Shown one piece after another: positions 1 to 19,586 of a DNA stretch of 64,000 nt. Each line of letters starts with the position of its first letter. Within the stretch, counting starts at the first letter, position 1. Source of the DNA: the human T2T-CHM13v2.0 reference genome, Homo sapiens. The DNA lies in the NCBI RefSeq assembly GCF_009914755.1, contig NC_060934.1. One strand, given 5' to 3'. The notes under the pieces were generated by a model, which had not been told where the DNA came from, searched no databases, and worked only from the letters and a program-made list of their open reading frames with translations. A program made the translations under genes and the position numbers.

Positions 1-275
<275 letters not shown>

Positions 276-456
276 CTATTCTGGGGAGAGCTGGGAATAG
301 GCCCCTGGGATTGGAGGGGGCCAAAGGGGCTGGGTAGCAGAGGCTTGGTGCCATCGGGTCAAAGGATCCATAGGATGCATGTGTTGTGTAGAGGGAAGCA
401 TGGGTCAGGGTTGGAGCCACAGTCCCTCTGATACTCCCACCCAAATGTCCCTGCAG

Positions 457-552
457 AAGATGCTCATGAAGCAGCAGGACCGGCTGGAGGAGCGAGAGCA
501 GGACATTGAGGACCAGCTGTACAAACTCGAGTCAGACAAGCGCCTGGTGGAG
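457..552 (+). CDS. TRIM8: TRIM8 E3 ubiquitin ligase, coding exon 2 (coiled-coil; KMLMKQQDRLEEREQDIEDQLYKLESDKRLVE)
   Basis: ctgcAG acceptor at 451-456, GT donor at 553, 96 nt in frame; peptide recognised as the TRIM8 coiled-coil. Confidence 0.97.
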
Positions 553-883
553 GTAGCTAAGCCCAAGGCCATGCTGCGGGGTGGGGGTGGCTTGAGCGCA
601 GGGCTTTGGGTGAGTTCCTTACTAAGGATTGATTGTGTAGCCCTATGCCAGAACCACTCCATCAGTCATTCAATCAACTGCCCGTGGATGCCCACTGGTG
701 CCAGGGGATGCTGGCCCAGAGCCCTGTGCTACCAGTGGGGAACTGGCAGGTCAGACCTTGCCCTTGGGAGCCTGGGGCAGCCTGGTGACTTAGGGTTCTA
801 GGATGTGAGAAGGGTAAGAGGGGGGGAAACCAAAGGTTTCCAGTGCTTACCTGCCTGCCCACTCCTGCCCTCTGTACTCGCAG

Positions 884-1117
884 GAGAAAGTGAACCAACT
901 GAAGGAGGAAGTTCGGCTGCAGTACGAGAAGCTGCACCAGCTGCTGGACGAGGACCTGCGGCAGACAGTGGAGGTCCTAGACAAGGCCCAGGCCAAGTTC
1001 TGCAGCGAGAACGCAGCGCAGGCGCTGCACCTCGGGGAGCGCATGCAGGAGGCCAAGAAGCTGCTGGGCTCCCTGCAGCTGCTCTTTGATAAGACGGAGG
1101 ATGTCAGCTTCATGAAG
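884..1117 (+). CDS. TRIM8: TRIM8 coding exon 3 (coiled-coil; EKVNQLKEEVRLQYEK...EDVSFMK)
   Basis: cAG at 881-883, GTGGG donor at 1118, 234 nt; 96+234 nt coiled-coil exon pair is typical of TRIM genes. Confidence 0.97.
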
Positions 1118-1332
1118 GTGGGCTGGGCTCAGGACCAGGCGGTGGCACCCAGAGGGCCATTTCCAAATTGAGATCTGCAGTTTCCTGCACCTGTAGCTCA
1201 CATGCCCTTACCTTTGGAGCCAGCATGCATGGGTTCAAATCCACCTGCCTGCTCTTTCTAGCACTGTGACCTTGGGCAAGTCATAGGTACATCCCGGGCC
1301 TTGTTCCCTCACCTACGAAGTGGTGTTGATGA

Positions 1333-1648
1333 TACAGGTCTACTATTCTTTATCCACAATTCCACATTTATAAACATCTCTGGAAACTAAACAAATTTTG
1401 GCATCTAATTTAACAGCAAAAATTGACCTAAACTGATGTTAGGCAATTTATGGTCTTTATCTTGCTTAGTATGAAAATTCAAACATTTTGCTGCAGAAAT
1501 GTTGCTGTATTAGATTGTTGTGTCTTGCTGGGGATGATAATGTAATATATGATACAGGCACTGTATTCTCCGTCTAAAATCCAAAAAATTCCAAATTCCA
1601 AAACACATCTGGCCCCAAAGACTTGAGCTAAAACAGTGTGGGCCTGCA
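1333..1648 (+). mobile_element. MER46C-like TcMar-Tigger DNA transposon inserted into a MIR (MIR halves ~1215-1332 and ~1650-1745)
   Basis: Matches recalled consensus (TACAGGTC...CTTTATCC; GCTGCAGAAAT; AAACACATCTGGCCCCAA...GGCCTG); flanks read as a split MIR. Confidence 0.7.
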
Positions 1649-1897
1649 GAGCCCTTCTCCTCGGGTATGGATGAAGTTATGGATGCACAGAAAGCACTTA
1701 CAATGCCTGGGTCACGTGGCAAGAGCTCAGTAAATGTTAGCTCTTCTTCCGCAAATGGCCACCCCCACCCCTGCCACTTTCTGTCCAGAATGAGAGGATC
1801 CACCCAGCCTGGGGGAGGCTCAGGGGGGGCAGCTTTTGTCTTCCCCTCTCCCCGGGCTGCCTTTTCCACTGACTTGACTCTTTTCTCTCCCCAACAG

Positions 1898-1929
1898 AAC
1901 ACCAAGTCTGTGAAAATCCTGATGGACAG
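1898..1929 (+). CDS. TRIM8: TRIM8 coding exon 4 (32 nt; NTKSVKILMDR)
   Basis: Polypyrimidine tract + cAG at 1895-1897, AG|GTAAG donor at 1930; frame joins exons 3 and 5. Confidence 0.95.
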
Positions 1930-2061
1930 GTAAGCTGAGGGCCCTAGCCCTCCCGGGGGCACATCCTGGGGAGGGCAGGGGGGCCAGGCCCATGGCGGGG
2001 AGGTAGGGCGGGCTCACCGGTGATGCCTCCTCACAGCAGATGCCCCGTCCACTGCCCCCAG

Positions 2062-2177
2062 GACCCAGACCTGCACGAGCAGCAGCCTTTCCCCCACTAA
2101 GATCGGCCACCTGAACTCCAAGCTCTTCCTGAACGAAGTGGCCAAGAAGGAGAAGCAGCTGCGGAAAATGCTAGAAG
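2062..2177 (+). CDS. TRIM8: TRIM8 coding exon 5 (TQTCTSSSLSPTKIGHLNSKLFLNEVAKKEKQLRKMLE)
   Basis: cAG at 2059-2061, G|GTGAG donor at 2178, 116 nt; phases 2/1 fit the neighbouring exons. Confidence 0.95.
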
Positions 2178-2538
2178 GTGAGGGTGGGGTGTTCCGCCGA
2201 AGGGAGACAGGGACCTTTGGGGAGGGGTTCAGCGCCACAGCCTTCCCTCCAAGAGGCAGTGTGGCCCAGTCTGGGAGACCTGTCCTCATATCCAGGCTTT
2301 GCCACTTGTAGCTGTGGGACAGTGGGTAAGCAACATGACCTCCCCAGCCTCCATTTCTTCAGCTTAAAGTGGGGATATAACTATTCTGTACCTCCTAATG
2401 GTAGAGGAGCAAGCATCACCTGAGATGTAACATTCTTGGGCCTCTAGGTGTCAATGGTCCCCAGGTCCAACCCAGGGAGAGGAGGCCTGGGTTGCTTGGG
2501 GTGGGAGCTTTGGCGACTTTTGCCCCAACTCTCCACAG

Positions 2539-3146
2539 GCCCCTTCAGCACGCCGGTGCCCTTCCTGCAGAGTGTCCCCCTGTACCCTTGCGGCGTGAGC
2601 AGCTCTGGGGCGGAAAAGCGCAAGCACTCAACGGCCTTCCCAGAGGCCAGTTTCCTAGAGACGTCGTCGGGCCCTGTGGGCGGCCAGTACGGGGCGGCGG
2701 GCACAGCCAGCGGTGAGGGCCAGTCTGGGCAGCCCCTGGGGCCCTGCAGCTCCACGCAGCACTTGGTGGCCCTGCCGGGCGGCGCCCAACCAGTGCACTC
2801 AAGCCCCGTGTTCCCCCCATCGCAGTATCCCAATGGCTCCGCCGCCCAGCAGCCCATGCTCCCCCAGTATGGCGGCCGCAAGATTCTCGTCTGTTCTGTG
2901 GACAACTGTTACTGTTCTTCCGTGGCCAACCATGGCGGCCACCAGCCCTACCCCCGCTCCGGCCACTTTCCCTGGACAGTGCCCTCGCAGGAGTACTCAC
3001 ACCCGCTCCCGCCCACACCCTCCGTCCCCCAGTCCCTTCCCAGCCTGGCGGTCAGAGACTGGCTTGACGCCTCCCAGCAGCCCGGCCACCAGGATTTCTA
3101 CAGGGTGTATGGGCAGCCGTCCACCAAACACTACGTGACGAGCTAA
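2539..3146 (+). CDS. TRIM8: TRIM8 last coding exon 6 (Pro/Ser/Gly-rich C-terminus, basic KRKH motif at 2616-2627, ends ...TKHYVTS*)
   Basis: ccacAG acceptor ending 2538; ORF 2448..3146 in same frame; TAA at 3144-3146; exon lengths fit the known 551-aa protein given a 570-nt coding exon 1. Confidence 0.97.
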
Positions 3147-3200
3147 CGCCACGCAGGCGGCGGGGCGCTGGGGAATCTTCCTCCCCAGCCCCCGGGCTCG
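2540..3200. promoter_or_regulatory. CpG-rich segment covering the TRIM8 last exon (intragenic CpG-island-like)
   Basis: Visibly high CpG density compared with flanking introns and UTR. Confidence 0.6.
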
Positions 3201-4110
3201 GGAGTTATGCATCCAGAGACCTGCCCTTCTACCTTCCTCGCCTCCCCTCTTCCTCATTCCATTGCCCCAGGTCTTTTCCTTTTGGATTTTGTTTTGGTTT
3301 TGGCTTTGTTTTTGATTTTTTTTTATTATGAATCTCCTGGACGCAGAGGTGACAGTGGGAGCTGGCCTGGGCCAGGACGGCAGGTGGCCCTGGAGATGGG
3401 AAAGTGTCTGTGTCGAGGCGCTGAGCTCTCTCTCTGTTTCTCCTTTTTTCCTCTACTCCTTCCCCTTCACACCCCCGTGGCTGGAAGGAACCTCGGCTTC
3501 CCTGAAAGCTTGGGGGTCCCACCCTTCTTACCCCACCCGGGAGGAACGCCCAGGGCCCCGGGCTTGTTTCTCCTCTTGTTTTCCTTTTGGGCAGTTTGAT
3601 CACTGATCGAGTAAGGAATGACCTTTAGATTGTGCGACTTTTGTTTTTGTTTTTTTAAATTTTTTTAAACCAAGAATGATTTCTCCTGCTTCCTTCTCCT
3701 CACCATCTTCCCAGACGGAGTTCAAAGGCCACTTCTCAAGCAGCTTTTGGCACCTTCAGCCTCAGAGTGGAATCTTTTAAAGACAGGACCCCTATGTCCA
3801 GGAAAGGGGAAAAGGAACTTTGCCAATGATAGTGACCACAGCAAAAGCAAATAATAATAATATTAATAATAATAAAGAGAAATAAAATAATAAAATAAAA
3901 AACAATAGCACAGCCCTTGTTGAGGTCAGCAGGGAGGAGGGGCTGCCCGGAGTTGGGTCCTTGCCTGGATTTTGACACAGCAACTTCCTGTAGTGAGCAC
4001 TTTGTATGAATCGTGGACTTCCTGTTCTCAAGGCGCAGGTATTTATTCTGTATCTGTCTAGAGCACACACCAAAATCCAACCTTCTAATAAACATGATGG
4101 CGCAGTCCCA
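3147..4110 (+). other. TRIM8: TRIM8 3' UTR with U-rich tracts and miRNA seed matches (TTGCCAA miR-182 type 3820-3826; GCACTTT miR-17/106b type 3997-4003)
   Basis: Follows the stop codon; seed heptamers read directly; 3' end inferred from AATAAA at 4087. Confidence 0.8.
4087..4092 (+). terminator. TRIM8: TRIM8 polyadenylation signal AATAAA (further AATAAA copies at ~3871-3900)
   Basis: AATAAA hexamer ~940 nt after the stop. Confidence 0.75.
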
Positions 4111-4639
4111 CTCCCTGCCTCGCCTGTTCCCCTATCCCCCCCAGGCCTGGGATCTTCAGGCGTCGGTGTGGGGAGGGGCCCCTGCCCTCCTTGCCTTGAT
4201 TTTGCTCCCCTGGGTCCAGCTGGTTCCAGGCCTGTGAATGTCAGTTCGTCGGGCACTGACTCGGTCTGCTCTTGGCCTTGGGTTCATTTGACAAATATTT
4301 GCCCAGGGCCTCCCAGGCCCAGCCCCATGCCACCTGGGCCCCGGCATCTCTTTGAGGTTCTGCCAATGTGCTCTTAGCTGAGGATGAAGGAGGAACACCT
4401 TTCTATGAGTCTTGCAAAGTTTACCTCCTTCAGGCCACAAATATTTGAGTGCACACTACGTGCCAGGCACTGTGCAGGGCTGCAGGCATAGAGACAGAAT
4501 GTAATCTAGCTGGGCCTTGGACCCCATAGGGAGAGGGGACCACTCAGGTCCATACTTCCTTTGGACTTGGGGCTTTGGCCTTGGGAGGGGTGGAGGTGGG
4601 GTGGCAAGATGAAAAAGACATCCTGCCCCCATCCACTTC

Positions 4640-5114
4640 GGCAGAGCTTCTCAAAGTCTCAAGCATGTCTTGGGAGCTTGTTAAAAGGGCCGATTCCTTG
4701 CTGTGGCTCACGCCTGTAATCCTGACATTTTGGGAGGCCAAGGCAAATTGCCTGAGCTCAGGGGTTTGAGACCAGCCTGGGCAACATGTCGGAACCCTGT
4801 TTCTACAAAAAATACAAGAATTAGTTGGGCGTGGTGGGGCACACCACACCTGTGGTCCCAGCTACTCTGGGACTGAGGTGGGAGAACTGCTTGAGCCTGG
4901 GAGGCAGAGGTTGCAGTAGGTCTAGATCAAGTCACTGCACTCCAGCCTGTGCAACAAAACAACAGAGCAAGACCCTGTCTCAAAAAAAAAAAAAAAAAAA
5001 GGGTAAGGGTGCTGATTCCTGAGGCCTAGCTTAGACTCATCGGGAATCTCTGAGAGCCCAGGAATTTGCATTTTTAACTCTATTCTCCCATATCCTGGGT
5101 TTAGAGAAGTGCTG
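4640..5114. mobile_element. MER5A hAT element interrupted by an AluJ (4699-5000, +)
   Basis: cttctcaaa...cttgttaaaa...gattcct / cccaggaatttgcatttttaac...gagaa motifs; gattcct repeated around the Alu. Confidence 0.65.
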
Positions 5115-5151
5115 CCATTGTGGTGGTCAGGGTCCTCCCTGCTGCTTGTCA

Positions 5152-6062
<911 letters not shown>

Positions 6063-7889
6063 AAGACTTTGGGGCTGGCCAGACCAAACCATAGCCTTGG
6101 TCTTGCTAACTGCCTCCGCCTTCCTGCCCTGAGGGAGTAGAGGATGACTCGGGTGGGGTGGTGGACCCTTGCTTCATTGTTCCCCTCCCCAGTGTGGCAG
6201 GGAGCCAGGAGCAGTATGACAACAGCTGGCCTACCCCTTCCCTCCCCGTGCACCTGTTTGGGGCTAAAGGGAGTGGGGAAATGACTGGAGCACAGTGCCC
6301 CTCCAGCCCAGGGTGCAGGATGCCTGGGGGCAGGTGCCGGTGGACAGTCACTTCACTCCACTCAAATCTGCTTCTGTCTCACTGTCCCTTTCTCCAGTTC
6401 TCAGGAGCCCTGAGACATCCCCCGTGCCAAGAGTTGGGAGCCAAGATAAAAAGCTGCCTAATTTCTTTCCCACTTGGCCTAGTTTTGTTTTGGCTGAGGG
6501 GAGAGGCCCTTTCCCCAGGTGCGTCAATCCACTGAGATGTGGAGGGGACATTCTGGTGGGAATGGGATGGGCTTGAGCCCCTCCATGTCCCAGCTTTGAA
6601 GCCCACTCCAGACAATGACACGCTCAGGCACACATCTATAGGTGAAGCAGCAGCTGCCCAGAGTTGGCTTGGGGGGGGTTCCCTAGGCAGCCAGGGAAGC
6701 AGGGAGACGCTAACCCACCCAGCTGTCCCCAGCCACCCAGCTGTCCCTGGCTTTGTAGGAGCAGCTGTCACCCAGCTCCCAAAAGGGTCGGGGCAGAGGA
6801 GGCCCAGAAAGAGCTGGGGCTGCCCCAGGGAACAGGCTTATTCAGAAGTCATCGGAGGGGCCTTCTCTGCCCTGAACTGGTGGCCCCTTGGAGGGCTGGC
6901 TGCAGCCACAGGTGCCCCAGTGCCCAGCCCTCCCCTCCTGCCTTCCCCCAAAGGCCATCACGCCTCCCCTTTCCGGGAAGGGTTGGGGATCTGACCACGT
7001 CTCCCTACCCCACAGACTGGGGCCGACAGCTCCTGTGGCCCAGATGTGCTGAGCCCGCAGCGAGGCCACCGCGAGGGAGTGGGTGGGGTTGGTTTCCTCT
7101 GCTGCCTGCCGGCCCCAGCTCTTTCATGTTGCCGCCCTCCCCATCCCAGCCCGGAGCCAAGCAGCTGGGCCGCTCCTGCCCCCTCCCTCGGCCTCGCTCC
7201 CAGCTGTCTTTGGGGTGGGGCAGGGCAGCTGGGGAACAGCTGCAAGGCAGGAGCCTGGGGGGTGATGGGTGCCCCCTGCAACTGCCGGAAACGGTCTTTG
7301 GGCCAAGAAGGGAGTCTGAAGGGTGGGGGTGGAGAGGGCGAGGCCTAGGGGATGATCGGCTCCACCCCTTCTCCCAGCGCATCTGGCCAGGAGACCCCAG
7401 CTCAAAGCCCCCTCCAGCTTCAAAGGGCACCCTGGGGTGGGAGGCAGGAGACGAGGGTGGATGCCCTGACCCACTGAGTCCGCACCCCAGGGCCCCTCTC
7501 TCCAAGCTGTGACCTCACCTCAGGGTTCTTAACAGGCCTTGCTAACACTCTCCCACTCAGATCCTGTCATTGTCACCATGGCCTTCCTAAGACACCCTCA
7601 TCTTCTCCCATCCGAGGGTGGGGGAGAACCAATTCGATTCGCAACTTCAGGACCCAGGACCCATCTAGCCGCCTGGGGGATTCCCTACCCCACCTCTGCA
7701 GCCTGTAAATTCTCGGGGAGGAGGCCCTGGAGGGAGGATCAGAGGCATGTCCTTCCCCAACCTCCCACTCTGGCCTACTAAGAAATGGGAGCAGGGCTGA
7801 CCCTATGAAAGTGTGGGAGGTGAAGGAGCTGGAGTCGTGATTCCTGGGTATCCCCAGACAGACATCACCACACTACAGCCCCTCTTCTA

Positions 7890-11726
<3,837 letters not shown>

Positions 11727-12299
11727 TCAGACACTACCCATGTGCATGCCTGCTGCAGGGCACTGAGCTGGGAGGGGGCATGGATGCAGATGTGCAGCTT
11801 GTGGCCTAAGAGGGACTTACCAGCCACACCAAATGCCAGTCCCGCCCGCTGCAGCTCCCTAGTCTCCACCCAGCACACCATATGCTGGAAGTCAGTCTGC
11901 CTGCAACCTGCGTGCTTCCATGCCTCACTGGCTTTGGACTTGCTGACCCTCTGCCTGGACTGACTCTCTAGCCTCAAAGTCTCACCTCTGTGCAGCCCTC
12001 GTGGCCCCCGCCCCCTCTGCAGAGAGTGGCTAAGGGGTAATGAGACGATGCATATGAGTGCCAGGTCTGGTGCTGGCATAGGCGACTTTCAGGCATCCGC
12101 AGCTATCACAATGTTTATGTTCCTTTGGGCCAGCCATACTCCCATGCACTTCGCTCCCTCACTTTGGATTTTAACTAATTGTGGTTCACAGGTTAAGTTG
12201 CAAGCTGCCTGGCTTAATGTCCAACTAGGCTGTGAGTGCCTGGAGGACGTGAATGTGAGTCAGCTCTGATTTTTTTTTCAGGGCCTAGCACAATGCCTG

Positions 12300-14100
<1,801 letters not shown>

Positions 14101-15959
14101 TTAGCAGGGTACTGCATTTTAATAATGGCGCTAACCCCTCAAAGGAGGATCAGGCAGGGGAGTCCAGCCCAAGCTGGGAGGCAGTGGGAGGGCCAAGGGA
14201 GAGACAGGTGGGGTTCAGGGTGCACCCTCAACCCAGTCTAAGGAGTGGGAAGGCAGGTGGCTGGGTGTCCAGGTCCTGCTGCTCAGCCAAGGGATGGAAG
14301 CCTGGATCAAGCTTTCCCCTTCCCTGCCAGCTAGCCATGGGCCCCAGAGTCAGCAGAAAATCCCGGCTCCAGGGAGGAGGCGGCGTGGAGCCAGAAGCTG
14401 CTGAGGGAGCACTGGCAGCAAGATGCCATTGTACATCCGCAATCAAGATGCTTCAGAGGAAATCAAAAGCACCAACCAGGGAAATGATGTGTGCACTCTC
14501 TTTCTCTCAAACACACATACAAACTTCTGCCTCCAAAATGGGTCAAGTGAAGGCTGTGGGCGTGGGTTGGGGAGGGAGGGCTGGGAGAAGTGGGGGCCTG
14601 GGAGCCCGGGAGCAGGCTGGGCCCTGGTGCCCACTCACCCTCCTGGCATAGGGGATGGCAGCAGCTGCAGGGTGGGGCGGGATGTGAGGATAAATATACA
14701 CCTCCCATGCATATGGATCATGCTCACAGCTGCCCTGCTTGCTTAGTGTTCATTAGGACCAACTGTTTCAGGAGCAGTGGCAGGCGGGTGGGAGAGGGTG
14801 ATGTACCCATTCACAGACTGGGGGTAGGGGGGCTGCCTGCAGCTGTGCAGATGCCTCCCCCACTGCCTGGATCAGCATCTCAGCCCCTGAATGCCCCTTC
14901 CTCCTGCTTTTTCTTCTTCCGACCTGCTGCTATGCCAGATCTGGAGGTCTCAGGGCGGGAAAGGGGCCTGGGGCATGAGTAAGGATGAAATCCAGGCTGC
15001 ATCCCCATAGGAGCTGGGGAGAGTGAGGGAAGAGTTGGGCTGGATTGGATCCCTTGGTCCAGGATGGGCTGTTGTTTACAAACCAAAGCTTCTTATCCCC
15101 ATCTTCCCAGAAGCCATCTGTAGCATTCCAGCAGGAAAACTGCTTTGGCACTGTCCCCTGGAGACTCGAGGGAAGCCCCATTCCTATGTGACAACCCTAG
15201 ACCAGGCTTGCTCTGTGCCTCCAAAGGGAATCCAAGGGGGCTGAGGTTGGTGGACCAGCATCATTCTGCAGGATTCTGACGTCCTGGCAGCAAGGAGGGC
15301 TAGGGAAGGAGAATGCTGGGCTCCAGCCCGGGACCAGGTGCTCTAGGTGGGCCTGGGCCTGGGCTGGGGAACAGTGCTGAAATGTAGGCCCAGGGAAGGG
15401 TCTGGCTGGTGTCACAGGCAGGGCCAAGTGTAGCTGTACAGCTTGTGCCCTACCCAAGGGAACTGGCTGAGGGGCCTGCAGCTGGTGCCACGCCTTGTAC
15501 TCTGGTGTGGGGCATAATCTCCCACATGAGTCAGTGGTGGCCTGGGTGACAGGCCTCTCTAGTGTTAGGAATGTGGCCAAGAGGGCCTGCCTGTGGACGG
15601 AGCCCGTGTGTCTCCTATGGTGAGCTCTTTCTCCTCCTGCTCCAGCGGTCTTGGGGGGCTCCTAGGGCTGTGCCTCCAGGGGGCTGGCACAGGGGCTTCT
15701 GAGTCCTGGGTAGAAGTGGAGGCAGCTGATCCCAGGCCAAAGCCCCAACTACAACAGCCTCCCCAGGCCCTTTCCTTGGTTGTAAGGGTGGGGCTGGGCA
15801 CCTCCTGCCCCCTCTACTCGTGGCATCCAGAGCAGCAGCTGACTCTGGGACCCCAGGGCAGGGTCTTCTGGATCCTGAAAACAGGGTGAGTGGCAAAAAG
15901 CGAGGGCCGCCTCTCACCTACCTCCCTGGGGTGGCATCATGGAATAAAATGGGCTTTCA

Positions 15960-16590
15960 GCAAGTGGGCTGGCGGGAATCACAGTCAAGCCATTTCCTAG
16001 CTGTGTGACTCTGGGCAAGTGACTTAACCTTTGTGAGCCTTGGTTTCATCATCTGGGAACTAGGGACAGTAAACGGCTATCTTGTAGGGCTAATCAAAGG
16101 ATGAGACCCACTAATGACTCAAAGGAGAAGCAGTTGGCTTAGCTAAATGGGATTCTGACCCCAACCCTGTACCTCTCAGCTTCAGGTATCCAAGCAAATT
16201 CTCCCTGCCCCCTCCTGGACACAGCTTGCTTTCTGCAGTTCTGTCATTAATATTTCATTTCTTTAGCAAAGGCTTTTTGTCCCTGGGACACTGCTATTCG
16301 CTCTGGAGAAGAAACTGTTCCGTGTTCCTTCGTGCAGAAGGATTCCTTAGCTCCTTTTCTGAGAGCAGAGCATTAGGAGCCAAAAGCAAACAGGTATTGT
16401 GGTATAAATTTGGGACCCAGCAGTGAAATAGGCCTGAGTTCAAATCCTGACTGTGCCCAGTTCTTCCTGTGCGATCATGGGCGAGTGATTCAAATTCTAT
16501 GAGCCCCATCCTCATACTGTGAATGACAATACCTACAGTTAACAGTGTCTTTGCGAGGATTAAATAAGGTAACTGTGAAGTACCTGGTGC
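15960..16590 (+). mobile_element. MIR remnants (~15960-16110, ~16420-16590); other MIRs at ~2290-2420, ~17110-17610, ~19260-19430
   Basis: tgtgactctgggcaagtgacttaacct...agccttggtttcatcatctg and gagttcaaatcctg...gaggattaaat MIR core motifs. Confidence 0.7.
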
Positions 16591-17218
16591 AAGTGGCTAC
16601 CTCCTTAACTCTTTCCCCCGGTTCTGACACTGTGGGGGACTGGTTGTTGGCTGCACTTCCACGCCTGTGTGTGGTTGGTTCTGGACACACACACACACCA
16701 GTGCTGGACCAGCAGAATGACTGCAGGGAGCCAGGGCTCTCTTTCTCTCCTCCCTGCCCCTGCTCCTGGTGGCTGCAGCTTCTCTGTGTTCTGCAGTGTT
16801 GGAAAAGGAAATTACAGAACAGATTGCAATTAAGGGGGATGAGGGGGAGACAGGGACAGAGGCCGTGAGATGCAGCTTGACTGAGCACTAAACTGTGTTT
16901 GCGCCTGGAGCCAATCAGGAGCCTCTGATAAGAGCCTTTCCCACTTACAAAGCTAAGCAGGAGGTGTGGTTGGGGTGGCCCTGGGAGTCCCGAAGGGAGG
17001 GGGCTGCTGGCCTTGAAAGTCACAGAGCCACATGGGAGGGAAGGTGGGAGGTAGAGGTCTTAGGGGCCTTGGAAAGCCTGGACTCCAGACTTTCTGCCAG
17101 CTGTTATATTTGCTACCATTGATTTAGCACCTACTACTCACTGTACGGACATCTCATCTCATCCTCTTGACAACTGTGCAGCATGATTATTGCCCAATTT
17201 TGAAGATAAGAAACTGAG

Positions 17219-19216
<1,998 letters not shown>

Positions 19217-19580
19217 TGACTGTTTTTGTTCTCCAGAGGCGGCAGCTTGCTGAGCATTGAGACCCAGGCTCCAGGCCCCACCTGCACTTAAAGGCTCTGT
19301 GATTTCAGGCAAATTCCTTAACTGGGGCAAATGTCTCAATGTCCTCTGCTGCAAAGGGGGACTAATGCTCACCACGATGTATCTAAAGTGCCCGGCACGT
19401 AGGAGGGGCTTAATGAAGGGCTATTATTGCTATTGTTGGTATCCTATTTTATATATATATCCTTCTGGAAAAAACCTCTTGAAGAAAGCTAACCCCTGAA
19501 AGGACAAACACATTTCAGGCCCTCTCTGAGCTTCAGCAAAGAACACAACACATTCCAGGCTGCCTTCGTTCCAGCTAAAT

Positions 19581-19586
19581 TTTATT
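19581..19586 (-). terminator. ARL3: ARL3 distal polyadenylation signal AATAAA
   Basis: tttatt on +; GU/U-rich sequence downstream on - (TGTGTTGTGTTCTTT, ~19537-19551). Confidence 0.75.

Noticed and set aside
2034-2039. CAGCAG alternative acceptors upstream of TRIM8 exon 5
   Set aside because: Both would shift the frame (+25 or +22 nt); no evidence of use
3207-4440. 119-154 aa ORFs on both strands over the TRIM8 3' UTR
   Set aside because: Hydrophobic stretches come from U-rich and A-rich UTR tracts; no family similarity or splice support
6664-7512. 282-aa ORF and overlapping ORFs in GC-rich intergenic DNA
   Set aside because: Non-ATG start, P/G/R/W-rich low-information sequence, long ORFs in several frames as expected from GC content, no recognisable domain
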